The position numbers were made by a program, and so were the translations under genes. A stretch of DNA of 64,000 nucleotides. It comes from a virus. This document shows, in pieces, positions 31,295-40,914 of the stretch. The notes beneath the pieces were generated by a model. That model saw nothing but the letters and a program-made list of their open reading frames with translations, did no database searches and was not told the DNA's origin. The stretch's first letter is position 1; each line of letters opens with the position of its first letter. The stretch is from positions 56,069-120,068 of IMG/VR virus record IMGVR_UViG_3300017917_004576; one strand, given 5' to 3'.

Positions 31295-32934
31295 ATATCA
31301 TTCTTTAAATGTGCATATTGTATAAAGTCTTCTTCAAATTTAATATTTTTTTGTCTGACTTCTTCTGATCTATTATTATTATCTATCATAGTATTGATAT
31401 GATCGCATAAATTATTTATACCATATCCAGAGATTTGTGTTGGAGATACATAATGGAAACCATAGTCTGCATTCTGAAGCATATTCAAAAACTTGAAAGA
31501 CGATAAAAGTTCACTATTCTTCATCGTATTATTGCATAGGTTAATGAATTGTGAAAAATTAGAATCCTTATTAGATATGCTCGCTTTGCGCAAGATTGGT
31601 AGAGGTTTGGACCAGTCTGCTCTAAAGTCTAGATTATCAAAATAATTCTCCCAAATTTTTGCAATATTATCCCAGTTATAATATTTTTCTGTTAAATTTC
31701 TTATTCGAACTCTATTATTATTTCTAATAGATATTGGTTTATCTAATTCTTTTAGTATAATATCAATTAGGCAATCATTATCTGGATATACTCTAATAGC
31801 TTTTGTTTCGAGTTCTTTGAAATATGTTTTAATTTTTATTGGATATGCTTCTAATTTTGATATGATATCTATCATAGCACTATATTCTACGGTTGCTATT
31901 GGGACACCACAAGCGGCGGCTTCGACTTGAGGCATACCAAATCCTTCGCATATAGCATATTGAACATATAAATCAAATGTATTGTAGATTATACTGAGTT
32001 GTTCGTCAGTAACGCCTTGAGATACAGATGGAAATTGCGATGATTTATTAAAACATTTTGAGCATACTTTTTGAGGTCCACAGTATACACAGCTCTCTAT
32101 ATTAGAACAGTTCTTACATAGGTATGTAAAAAGAACATTATTAGATATTTGATGATCATTTAGCAACTCAGGGATATCCCACCCCATGTCCGGATATGTT
32201 GTATGTAGATATAGAAATATTTTATCAGATCGTTTTTCTTTCTCAAAAATGGATAATATTTTTTTAAAAGAAACTAAAAGCTCCGGAATAAGTTTTCTTT
32301 TTTGGTTTCTCATAACAGAACCAACTATAAATACATCATTATCTATGCCCAGAATTTGTCTACAACTATTTTTATCCTTAATATTAAAAATATCTAAATC
32401 AACACCAGGACTAGCAGTAGCAATATATTTTATTTTATCATTAGTTTGCTGTTTAAGGATTTGAGCGCCCCAATCACTATATGTAAAAATAGCATCTGTT
32501 GATAGAAATACATCTACCCACTCTTCTTGTTGCGGTGCAGAATCTACTGTGGGCATGAGAATATGATGAAAATAAGATCTTAAAGGGGATAGAGTTTGGT
32601 ATCCACTCATCCAAAAATCTCTAACATCAACCACAATATCTGGCTTAAAATCTAATAGAACCTTTTCGAATCTCCATTTTCCAAATTGATTATCTGTCCT
32701 AGACATATATTCTTTATATCTAGGATCGTTGTCCCTTACGGCATTAGCATAATAAATCCAATCTATATTTTTATCTCTCGGATCATTAACCATCCCATAA
32801 GAAGCAAATTCTGCAACAATATATTTATTGGTTTTATGCCATCTCGATAATATTTGTTTTGCATATTTTCCAAAACCAGAATTTATGAAACTAGCTTCGG
32901 AACACATCAATATTTTTAATTTAGATTTTACCAT
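31291..32934 (-). CDS. GT4 family glycosyltransferase with inserted zinc ribbon
   Basis: SGFG, RNQKRK, YNTFDLYVQYAICEGFGMPQVEAAACG; CKNC...CSKC insert. Confidence 0.85.
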   Translation of the reverse strand: MVKSKLKILMCSEASFINSGFGKYAKQILSRWHKTNKYIVAEFASYGMVNDPRDKNIDWIYYANAVRDNDPRYKEYMSRTDNQFGKWRFEKVLLDFKPDIVVDVRDFWMSGYQTLSPLRSYFHHILMPTVDSAPQQEEWVDVFLSTDAIFTYSDWGAQILKQQTNDKIKYIATASPGVDLDIFNIKDKNSCRQILGIDNDVFIVGSVMRNQKRKLIPELLVSFKKILSIFEKEKRSDKIFLYLHTTYPDMGWDIPELLNDHQISNNVLFTYLCKNCSNIESCVYCGPQKVCSKCFNKSSQFPSVSQGVTDEQLSIIYNTFDLYVQYAICEGFGMPQVEAAACGVPIATVEYSAMIDIISKLEAYPIKIKTYFKELETKAIRVYPDNDCLIDIILKELDKPISIRNNNRVRIRNLTEKYYNWDNIAKIWENYFDNLDFRADWSKPLPILRKASISNKDSNFSQFINLCNNTMKNSELLSSFKFLNMLQNADYGFHYVSPTQISGYGINNLCDHINTMIDNNNRSEEVRQKNIKFEEDFIQYAHLKNDI

Positions 32935-32940
32935 TATGGA

Positions 32941-32977
32941 ATAGAATAAGGGGGATATTTCACCCCCAATATTCTAT
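32941..32977 (-). terminator. Hairpin downstream of ssb (putative intrinsic terminator)
   Basis: GGGGG-8 nt-CCCCC stem extended by ATAGAATA/TATTCTAT, followed by TTATTCT on the - strand. Confidence 0.55.
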
Positions 32978-32997
32978 ATACATTCCTTTAGGTTTGG

Positions 32998-33372
32998 TCA
33001 GAAAGCAACCGGTTCTGATTCTTCGGTCTTTGATCTACTAAGCTTAGTAATCTTTGAAAAGTTATTAACTCTAACCTTTAGACTACTATGCTTAACTCCA
33101 TCCTTTTCCCATGTATCGTTTCTAAGGGACCCCTCAACCATAACCAGATCACCTTTCTTTAGTGACTCAGCAATAGTTTCGGCTCCGCTATCCCATGCTT
33201 CGCAATTAATAAAAGATGTAATTCGATCTTTTTCTCCATTCGATTTTACATAATCCCTATTAACAGCAATGGTAAAATTTACCACACTAGTTTGTTTTCC
33301 ATTTGGATTAACAACTCTTAACTCAGGATCTCGTGCAAGATTACCCTTCAACAATGTAATATTCATTTTCAA
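32998..33372 (-). CDS. ssb: Single-stranded DNA-binding protein
   Basis: GNLARDPELR, KKGDLVMVEGSLR, acidic tail ending VAF; TAGGAG RBS. Confidence 0.95.
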   Translation of the reverse strand: MKMNITLLKGNLARDPELRVVNPNGKQTSVVNFTIAVNRDYVKSNGEKDRITSFINCEAWDSGAETIAESLKKGDLVMVEGSLRNDTWEKDGVKHSSLKVRVNNFSKITKLSRSKTEESEPVAF

Positions 33373-33407
33373 AACTCCTAAAAGTAAAAACGCTACAACT
33401 ATACAAT

Positions 33408-33435
33408 ATTATACCAAGCGGCAGCGTTTTGTCAA
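33408..33435 (-). promoter_or_regulatory. Sigma70-type promoter for ssb
   Basis: TTGACA-16 nt-TATAAT with extended TG. Confidence 0.75.
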
Positions 33436-35045
33436 GACCTTGGTATAAAACATTTTTCTACTATAAAAGAATCTTTTTTAGGACTCTTATTACCTAGAAA
33501 TATTAGTACATTTCCTTCAAACAGATAGTTTCGGTATTTAGATAATTGATCAGGAAATAAGATGACCGAGTCTAAGGACGCATATTGATCCTCTATCGTA
33601 ACAAAAGCCATTTCTGCACCAGCATTTTTCCCATTCTTTGTTTTAACAAAATTTATATTACTAATTTCACCAGCCAAAATAATATTTTTAATATTATTGG
33701 TATGTTTAAATATTTTGCAATCACAGTTTGTCATGCTGATATCGTATGAATCTATTTTAAAACAGGTAATGGATGCTCCAAGCAACGCATTTTCTGTATC
33801 AGATAACCATTCTATTTTATCATTTAATGAGTATGGTGGATTTTCATATAGCTTAATTAAATTTTGTATATTAGTTTTTCGTTTAGTATTGATCTTACTA
33901 TTAGTTAGCAAATTCTCTAAAACTTGTCCTAGATGTTTTTGGTTTATATCTAAAAGATCTAATTCTCTAGATGTTAATTCCGATATTATATCATACTCGA
34001 ATAACATTTGTGTGCGTGACATATGATAATAATCAAGAGCGCCACATGATATTAGCGCCTTAGCGGCTGTAGAGTTTATTTTATTGAGTAATTTTACTAA
34101 GCAGCCATACCATGATATGGAATTAAGATCAATATTTTTGACTATCTCTATGATCTTATCATATACCGAATAACCAACCCCTTTTATATCTGTTAAGCCA
34201 AAATAAATTTTATCATCATTTATGGTAAAATGCTTATTAAGTTTTCTTAAATCTGGAACGCAAACAGTAACATCCATTTCTGTGGCGTTCCTGATTAATT
34301 CCTTGATTTCTTTTTGTGGATCCATCTTGTCTTTTGCGAACTTTAAATATGATGCAAAAAACACTTTCGCGAAGTGGGCTTTAGCATATGCTGATGAGTA
34401 TGCATTCATAGCATAGCTTACAGCGTGACTCTTATTAAAACTATATCTTTGACTTTTTTCTATCCAACCAAAAATTTCTTCGCTCTCATCTTCCGATACA
34501 ATATTAAGTTTTTTAACACCGTCTTTGAATTTAACTTTGATTTTGGCCATTTCTTCTGGTTTCTTTTTGCCTATAGCCTTACGAAGCATATCGGCCTCTT
34601 GAAGATCGAATCCAGCCACCGCCTGCGCGATTTGCATAGCCTGTTCTTGGTAAATCATCTCGCCATAGGTCGATTTTAATGAAGGCTCAAGAGAAGGGTG
34701 AAAATAGTCTAATTCTTCTTGACCATTTTTTTTATCTATATAATGATCACTAATACTTTTGCCTTCCCTATATGCCTCTAACGATCCTGGTCGCATAATA
34801 CTAATTAACGCAGAAAGCTGCTCTATATTCTGTGGTTTAAGTTTTTTGGACATACTAGAGCCTAGTCTGGACTCTAATTGAAAAACTCCTTTTGTATTTC
34901 CTTGCGCTATCATATCCCATGTTTTGGAACATTCTAGATTTAGATTTTCTAGTTTGCCATCGAAATCTATTCTAGGAATACCATCATTGGTATAGTCCAA
35001 TACTTTAAATTTACAACCACAATCAAACGTATAGTGATTATTCAT
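33432..35045 (-). CDS. dnaE: DNA polymerase III alpha, C-terminal fragment (fingers, HhH, OB)
   Basis: GVFQLES, RPG, IYQEQAM, ADMLRKAIGKK, FNKSHAVSY, GLTDIKGVG, MAFVTIED. Confidence 0.92.
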   Translation of the reverse strand: MNNHYTFDCGCKFKVLDYTNDGIPRIDFDGKLENLNLECSKTWDMIAQGNTKGVFQLESRLGSSMSKKLKPQNIEQLSALISIMRPGSLEAYREGKSISDHYIDKKNGQEELDYFHPSLEPSLKSTYGEMIYQEQAMQIAQAVAGFDLQEADMLRKAIGKKKPEEMAKIKVKFKDGVKKLNIVSEDESEEIFGWIEKSQRYSFNKSHAVSYAMNAYSSAYAKAHFAKVFFASYLKFAKDKMDPQKEIKELIRNATEMDVTVCVPDLRKLNKHFTINDDKIYFGLTDIKGVGYSVYDKIIEIVKNIDLNSISWYGCLVKLLNKINSTAAKALISCGALDYYHMSRTQMLFEYDIISELTSRELDLLDINQKHLGQVLENLLTNSKINTKRKTNIQNLIKLYENPPYSLNDKIEWLSDTENALLGASITCFKIDSYDISMTNCDCKIFKHTNNIKNIILAGEISNINFVKTKNGKNAGAEMAFVTIEDQYASLDSVILFPDQLSKYRNYLFEGNVLIFLGNKSPKKDSFIVEKCFIPRS

Positions 35046-35050
35046 AAATA

Positions 35051-35752
35051 TTATGCAGATGCTGTGGCGAAGGCGTTTTTGAATTTAACCTTATTACCAA
35101 GATTTCTATGAAGTTTCATAAATCTAATGAGAATATCAGCGGTGGCTCTTACATCGTTTAACGCATCATGAGATCCGCTATTGCCAAGACCTAAATATTC
35201 TCTAACATTATCTAATGTATAGTTTTTTAGTTCGTTATTTCCTTCGAACCAATAAAATATCACATTCATTAAATCTATAACGTCTCGGGGATAAAAAAGA
35301 GATGTTCTTCCCTCCTTATTGACATTATTGTATTTGGTACTTAGTCTTTCTATGATTCTAAGATCGAATCTATTTATATTGTATCCAGCGGCTATGGGCG
35401 CTGTAAAACAAGATTTTTTATCTGATCTTATATGATATTTCTCTAAATAAGATACGAACATTTTCCATCCATTATCCTGATTTTGATAAGATTTCCAATC
35501 CTCTAATATTTTAGTTTTTTCACATCCTCTAACCTTAGCATGGAAATCAAGAACATCACTATCATCATATATATAGTCAGGTTTTTCATCCAATATAGAT
35601 GGTTTTAGATTAATATTAAATTCTGAATCTTTGATAATTTCTAATTTATATGGATCTATTATCAGAGAAGCGATTTGAACGGGGCTGCAAAGGTCGGGAT
35701 TAGCCCCGTCCGTTTCTAAATCAAACACACAAATTTTTTGTAAATTAGCCAT
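35051..35752 (-). CDS. DEDDh 3'-5' exonuclease (DnaQ/epsilon-like)
   Basis: VFDLETDG, AGYNINRFD, HDALNDV. Confidence 0.9.
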   Translation of the reverse strand: MANLQKICVFDLETDGANPDLCSPVQIASLIIDPYKLEIIKDSEFNINLKPSILDEKPDYIYDDSDVLDFHAKVRGCEKTKILEDWKSYQNQDNGWKMFVSYLEKYHIRSDKKSCFTAPIAAGYNINRFDLRIIERLSTKYNNVNKEGRTSLFYPRDVIDLMNVIFYWFEGNNELKNYTLDNVREYLGLGNSGSHDALNDVRATADILIRFMKLHRNLGNKVKFKNAFATASA

Positions 35753-35927
35753 TTGTCTCCACTACTGTGTTTCCTGGGAAAAAAGTCCTTTGATTACTAT
35801 CTGTAACAACGTGACAATTAGCGCTTCTGCAACAACTTACTCTAACCTCTTGGATCTTAGTATACTCTACATTATTAACTTTAAAATTTTCGCCTACAGC
35901 AACTTGATCTAATGTTTTTGTTAACAT
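35745..35927 (-). CDS. Small hypothetical protein
   Basis: 60 aa, overlaps both neighbours, GGAG RBS, SCC..NC. Confidence 0.6.
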   Translation of the reverse strand: MLTKTLDQVAVGENFKVNNVEYTKIQEVRVSCCRSANCHVVTDSNQRTFFPGNTVVETNG

Positions 35928-36811
35928 TATAGTTCTCCATTTTTTAAGTATTCTGATACAGACATGATTTTGTCTAAATAAGCTATACCCAATATATCAA
36001 ATTTAATTAAACCCAAACTCTCTAGATCATTCATCTCCATGCCTGCTATCAGCTGATCATTTCTATTATCATAGACCATAGGACACAGAGATGCAAGATC
36101 TTCAGTACCTATTATTACACCAGCAGCATGTTTGCTTTGATTAGATTTTGTTCCTTCGAGTCTTATGGCCTGTTCAAATCTTTTTGATAATGGGCCAGCC
36201 AACGAACCATCTTCTGCTATATAGCACCATTCTTTCAGTTTATCTGTGTTATTCTCTAAAGCCCATCTAATAATCGAGGCTTCTCCGGTATCTTCTTTCA
36301 TCTCTTGAAGCTCGTCGGCTATTTTGGCTTCGTCAGGAATAAATTTAGTAATAGAATTCATTTCTTCGAAAGATATATTACCATATACTCTTAGTACATC
36401 TTTTAATGCCCCTCTACCTTTCATAGTATTAAAAGTAATCATTTGTGATACTTTGCCATGTCCATATTTACTTTTTATATATTCTAATACTTGTTCTCGT
36501 TTATCTATTGGAATATCTATATCGATATCTGGCATTTGTATTCTGGCTGGAATGCTTTGTATTGGGCGAGTATTATCAAGCTGATCGACAATACCATATA
36601 TCCACATTATATAACTATTAATAGTGTTTTCGGATAAAATATTTTTATTTACTATTATATGATTATAGTATGATATATTTTCTGGAGCCGAAAGAACTAT
36701 AGAGCATTCATGTTCAAGAAATCTATTATTTTTTTCTTGTTCTAACCTTTCGATTATAGGCTGGCTTTTAATCTCATGTACTAGTCTAGTAAGTGTAGAA
36801 TTTTTTTCCAT
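35927..36811 (-). CDS. dnaE: DNA polymerase III alpha, middle (catalytic palm/thumb) fragment with 92-aa N-terminal extension
   Basis: MPDIDID, KHAAGVII, LIKFDILG: all three catalytic Asp. Confidence 0.9.
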   Translation of the reverse strand: MEKNSTLTRLVHEIKSQPIIERLEQEKNNRFLEHECSIVLSAPENISYYNHIIVNKNILSENTINSYIMWIYGIVDQLDNTRPIQSIPARIQMPDIDIDIPIDKREQVLEYIKSKYGHGKVSQMITFNTMKGRGALKDVLRVYGNISFEEMNSITKFIPDEAKIADELQEMKEDTGEASIIRWALENNTDKLKEWCYIAEDGSLAGPLSKRFEQAIRLEGTKSNQSKHAAGVIIGTEDLASLCPMVYDNRNDQLIAGMEMNDLESLGLIKFDILGIAYLDKIMSVSEYLKNGEL

Positions 36812-37599
36812 TTGTAGTCTATATATAAATGATTGTTTAGTAAATATTTTGCTATAACTTTAATTTCACTCTTGTTTTGGTATATTAACTGATATAAGTC
36901 TCTATTTTTTATTTTTGTTGGTTTTTTATATTTTACAGGCAAGGCTTTGGACACTGTTTCCAAATTTTCTGGAAGATATGAACATATACCTATGTTGTAA
37001 CCAGTGTAGACTTTATTTTTATTGGTTTGTTTTTTTATACTAACCCATCCATCAGCATCCCAATATCCTCTTATAAAATCTGGCCATAATAATTGATCCG
37101 ACGGTAATTTTAAAGTACTATACCATGTTTTTCTTGGTATAATACCATATTTTGATATATTATTTGCTAAAATATCGCTAGTAAATTGAAATGTACACCT
37201 ATTATCGTAGTCTTTTACTATATTAGAGCCTATTAAAAATTTAGAAAATTTAATCAAATGTTTTTTTGATTCTGACCCCAAGCATAATTGTAGCTTATTA
37301 CTATCACTAATATTTCCATCGCCAAAAATAAAACCAAGCCAATAAGCTGATGCGGCATCTAATTTAGAAAAATCATTTAATAATTTTTTTTTACTATTTT
37401 TAGTAAATCTAGTTGATTTTGCTAAACAACCACAACTTTTAACATGGTTAATCTTTATCATAGATAGTTTCTTATAACAGATATTGCCGCATTTACATTT
37501 ACACTTAGCAATTGTTTCTCCTTTACTATCCGGAACTAAAGTTATTATAGTAAGTAAATTATAACTCTTATTTTTATAGTCTTTTATTTTAGTTTTCAT
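36781..37599 (-). mobile_element. Free-standing two-motif LAGLIDADG homing endonuclease inserted between dnaE fragments
   Basis: AYWLGFIFGDG and FIRGYWDADG; N-terminal CKCKCG...SCGC; GGAGG RBS before ATG 37599. Confidence 0.85.
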
Positions 37600-37621
37600 A
37601 TTGCCTCCGGAATTATACTGT

Positions 37622-38920
37622 TTATACACCATTCTTAAATGTTTGTATAGAAAATTCCGGAAAAGATATGTGTTCTTTTACATTCCTGCCATCGGAATAA
37701 AATCTTTCAAATAGTAATTCATGTTTAATAGGATCTATATCTGTAATACCTATTAAATAAGAAACCAAGCATCCGGCTGCGCTTCCTCGTCCTGGTCCTG
37801 CTAACCAATTATTATTTTTAACATGTCTTAGTATGTCTTGAACAATTAGAAAATAACTACTAAGCCCAGCATTTTGCAAAACCTGTAGTTCATATTTTAT
37901 TCTATCAACATAAATATCGTGTTGTGATTTGTCAATATTCGGTATAATTCTATTTTTCCAACCTTTTCTACATAATTCTCTTAAATATTCATCCGGAGAG
38001 AATCCTTCGGGACATTCGAATTTAGGCAATTTAGGTGGCGATAGTATATCAAAATTTTCTATTAGACTATCCACAAATAAAGTGTTTTCTATCTCTTCGT
38101 CATTATGAAGAGTTTTCATTTCTTCTGGAGACAGAATATAGTATTTGTCGCTTTTAAAGAAACACTCCATAGGTACAGATTGATTATGAAGCATCTTAGT
38201 ATTTATATCTGATAATGTTGTTTTAAGATTATTACAGAGTAATATTCTTTGATCTATAGCATCATCTTGTTCGCAATAATGGGCATCCGGTGTGCATACC
38301 GCTTTTGTTTTACTTAATTGAGAGATTCTTCTTATTGTATCTGTTAAATATGTTTGTTGTTTTAGATATGCTTGATCAAATAGTTGTGTCTCTAGAAAAA
38401 AATTATCATTACCAAATATAGTTTTCATATAATCTACAAAAGATAATCCATTATCTATAGCTTTGGATTCGTCGCATAATATCTTATCTGCTAATGTTGA
38501 TCCCAAATGTCCACAGATACCTATAATATTACCGTCTAGTATTTCTGCTAATTTTGCCAGACTTAAACGTGGCTTATGATAAAAGTAATCGGGTCTGTTA
38601 GATTCGGAAACAATCTTTATTAAGGTTTTCCATCCTTGCAAATTCTTCGCCAATACCAAAAAATGTGATAATGAAGCATTTTCTTTTGTTTGTATACTCG
38701 GATCATCTTCACATATATATAATTCACAACCAAGAATTGGTTTTATATTTTTATTTCGCATTTTCTGATAGAATTGTACAGAACCGGCGATGTTCCCGTG
38801 ATCGGTTAAGGCGCAAGAATTAATGCCTAACTTAGAACATCTATTGGCTATTTGTTCTGGACGATTAAGACCATCCAAAAGACTAAAATGCGAATGACAA
38901 TGAAGAACAGAATAGGTCAT
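37622..38920 (-). CDS. dnaE: DNA polymerase III alpha, N-terminal fragment (PHP domain to FERF)
   Basis: LHCHSHFSLLDG, LTDHGN, DAHY, GPGRGSAAG, LLFERF. Confidence 0.93.
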   Translation of the reverse strand: MTYSVLHCHSHFSLLDGLNRPEQIANRCSKLGINSCALTDHGNIAGSVQFYQKMRNKNIKPILGCELYICEDDPSIQTKENASLSHFLVLAKNLQGWKTLIKIVSESNRPDYFYHKPRLSLAKLAEILDGNIIGICGHLGSTLADKILCDESKAIDNGLSFVDYMKTIFGNDNFFLETQLFDQAYLKQQTYLTDTIRRISQLSKTKAVCTPDAHYCEQDDAIDQRILLCNNLKTTLSDINTKMLHNQSVPMECFFKSDKYYILSPEEMKTLHNDEEIENTLFVDSLIENFDILSPPKLPKFECPEGFSPDEYLRELCRKGWKNRIIPNIDKSQHDIYVDRIKYELQVLQNAGLSSYFLIVQDILRHVKNNNWLAGPGRGSAAGCLVSYLIGITDIDPIKHELLFERFYSDGRNVKEHISFPEFSIQTFKNGV

Positions 38921-40905
38921 ACTGATCCTGGTGCTTTGTAAGATCCAAAAGAATGATTCGGGTGTTTGTACATACTCATTGTAGCATCGATCCCGTAAAG
39001 TTCAAGGTCGTGCTTGACTTGTTCGCACTTTGTCATGACAGATCCTTTTTGACATATTTGTCCATCTCTATACTCCTGCAAAGGTTCTATATTAGTATTC
39101 TCAAAAGTGGTTTTACCAAAATGACATAATTTATTACACATCCATGTTTTATTAAGTTTAGGTCGTTTTGTTTTCTTAATAATATCAAATTTTTCTCTTA
39201 GCATATTCTCTGTATCTATTAAATCACTATCGTGAAATACCATAGAAAAAGGACCACCATCATTAATAAAGTAGATAGAAAAAATTACATTTTCAATATG
39301 CGGATATAATTTTTTAATAGCATAGTGATAAATTTTGAGTTGTGGATCTTTCTCTAACTTTTCTTGGGTTTTTTCTTGACCGGTTGCCCAATCTAGTCTT
39401 CGTCCAGTATTATGTGTTGGAATATAATTTTCTGTACACAGATAAGTATTGTCTGGACTGTCTACGGAAATGCATTGAGTTTTTTGTATAATCGATTCTT
39501 CTATTTTAGAAACTCGTCTAACCCTAGATCTTCCAGATCCCCAATTTACATCCACAAGTTCTTTTTTCCTGTTCAATAGAAAAGGATTAATATCAATTGG
39601 ACGAAACGAAATAGGATATATGATTATGTTTTTTTTGTAATTTGTATCTCTTTTAATACACGCTTGATTCGGTCTTTGCCCAAGGGTTAAAAGTAGGTCT
39701 TTAACATCGTCGGATAGTTTTTTATTACAAGAAGTAAAGATGGTTTGTTTTCTAATTGGATTTACATTTCCGTCTGTATCCATCAAACCCCTTAGTAAGT
39801 CTAGTCTTTGTTGAAAAGATGCTCTCAAATAAATTTTTGGTATATGTTTATTATTCAATAGCTTTAAAGATTTTAGTATTTTTGTCACATTTAGGATCGA
39901 TACTGTCTTATTTTTTGATCTTTTATCATTTTGAATTTTTCCTAGCTCATAACCTCTTGCTTGTATTTCTTCAAAAATTTCGATATCATTGCCACTAATC
40001 TCGCAGCCTCTATTTCTTCCGTCTCCTAACCAGACTCCTAATAGATAAGGATCTATTGGTAGGGATTGTTCATTACATTTTAATGGTTTTGTCACATTAA
40101 TAGTATCGCCAATAGCTAGATCCTGTATAGATACCGTTTCACCATTAGATAATTTCCATAAATGCTCATCGTCACAAATTACCGATGTTTTGTCATCAAA
40201 AGTTACTCTGAAACATTTTTTTGTTTTGACTTTTGATTTTCCAACAACGCGACATATATTACCGTATTGATCAAAGACATTACATCCCACATTTATATCT
40301 GCAATTGTTGTCCATCCGTCAAGAGTAGGTAATTTTGTATCTAATGGCAATCCTTTCCAATCTATGACCTCAATAGTATTATCATTGGCTAAAGTTATAA
40401 GATCTATAGTGCCTTTTAAACCCAAATATCCATCTAGTTTTTGATTATTGATATTATACTCGTATTTAGCCCATGGTTTTTCTATTACCAAATCAAAATG
40501 TTGTTCTGGTCTAAGAATTGTGCGATTTCTAGGATCAAACATACCACCATTAAATTCTATAGCCTTGTAAACCCAATTATAGCAGTCCTTATAATCTTTT
40601 AGAGTCCAAGTATGATGACTATTAGCGGTACTATAATGCTTGTATACTTTTTCTATTATGGTATTAAGACTATAGTCATTTATATCTATAAGACCTAAGA
40701 ATTCGTCGTCGTTTATATGAGATAATTTATCTTGCTGACCTTGTTTGATCATAGCAAGAATTTCTAAAACTTTATGGACTATTGTTCCTTTATCCGCCTT
40801 TTGTCCACTTGGACCCCTCCATCCTAGTACATATTCAAAAAAAAATTGTTGTTCACACATAGAATGGGCATTGTAAGACGAACTACGAAAATAAGTTATA
40901 ATCAT
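38917..40905 (-). CDS. Cas4/RecB-like PD-(D/E)XK exonuclease precursor containing an intein
   Basis: SS...C, GTIVH, GTIDLI, IDWK|TG, QLKIY, C-terminal Cys cluster. Confidence 0.85.
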   Translation of the reverse strand: MIITYFRSSSYNAHSMCEQQFFFEYVLGWRGPSGQKADKGTIVHKVLEILAMIKQGQQDKLSHINDDEFLGLIDINDYSLNTIIEKVYKHYSTANSHHTWTLKDYKDCYNWVYKAIEFNGGMFDPRNRTILRPEQHFDLVIEKPWAKYEYNINNQKLDGYLGLKGTIDLITLANDNTIEVIDWKGLPLDTKLPTLDGWTTIADINVGCNVFDQYGNICRVVGKSKVKTKKCFRVTFDDKTSVICDDEHLWKLSNGETVSIQDLAIGDTINVTKPLKCNEQSLPIDPYLLGVWLGDGRNRGCEISGNDIEIFEEIQARGYELGKIQNDKRSKNKTVSILNVTKILKSLKLLNNKHIPKIYLRASFQQRLDLLRGLMDTDGNVNPIRKQTIFTSCNKKLSDDVKDLLLTLGQRPNQACIKRDTNYKKNIIIYPISFRPIDINPFLLNRKKELVDVNWGSGRSRVRRVSKIEESIIQKTQCISVDSPDNTYLCTENYIPTHNTGRRLDWATGQEKTQEKLEKDPQLKIYHYAIKKLYPHIENVIFSIYFINDGGPFSMVFHDSDLIDTENMLREKFDIIKKTKRPKLNKTWMCNKLCHFGKTTFENTNIEPLQEYRDGQICQKGSVMTKCEQVKHDLELYGIDATMSMYKHPNHSFGSYKAPGSV
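39409..40353 (-). mobile_element. Class 3-type intein with LAGLIDADG endonuclease (315 aa)
   Basis: GLPLDT start, EHLW, TQCISV, PTHN/T end; LGVWLGDG and LRGLMDTDG. Confidence 0.88.
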
Positions 40906-40914
40906 GATATCCTA

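Noticed and set aside
33432-38920. Split intein or stop-codon recoding as the cause of fragmented dnaE
   Set aside because: No intein N/C motifs at fragment ends; fragments are separated by whole genes; TAA, TAG and TGA all end genes and very long ORFs are intact under the standard code
38917-40905. Cas4-like gene as part of a CRISPR-Cas system
   Set aside because: No cas1/cas2 or array; sits in the replication module like standalone phage exonucleases
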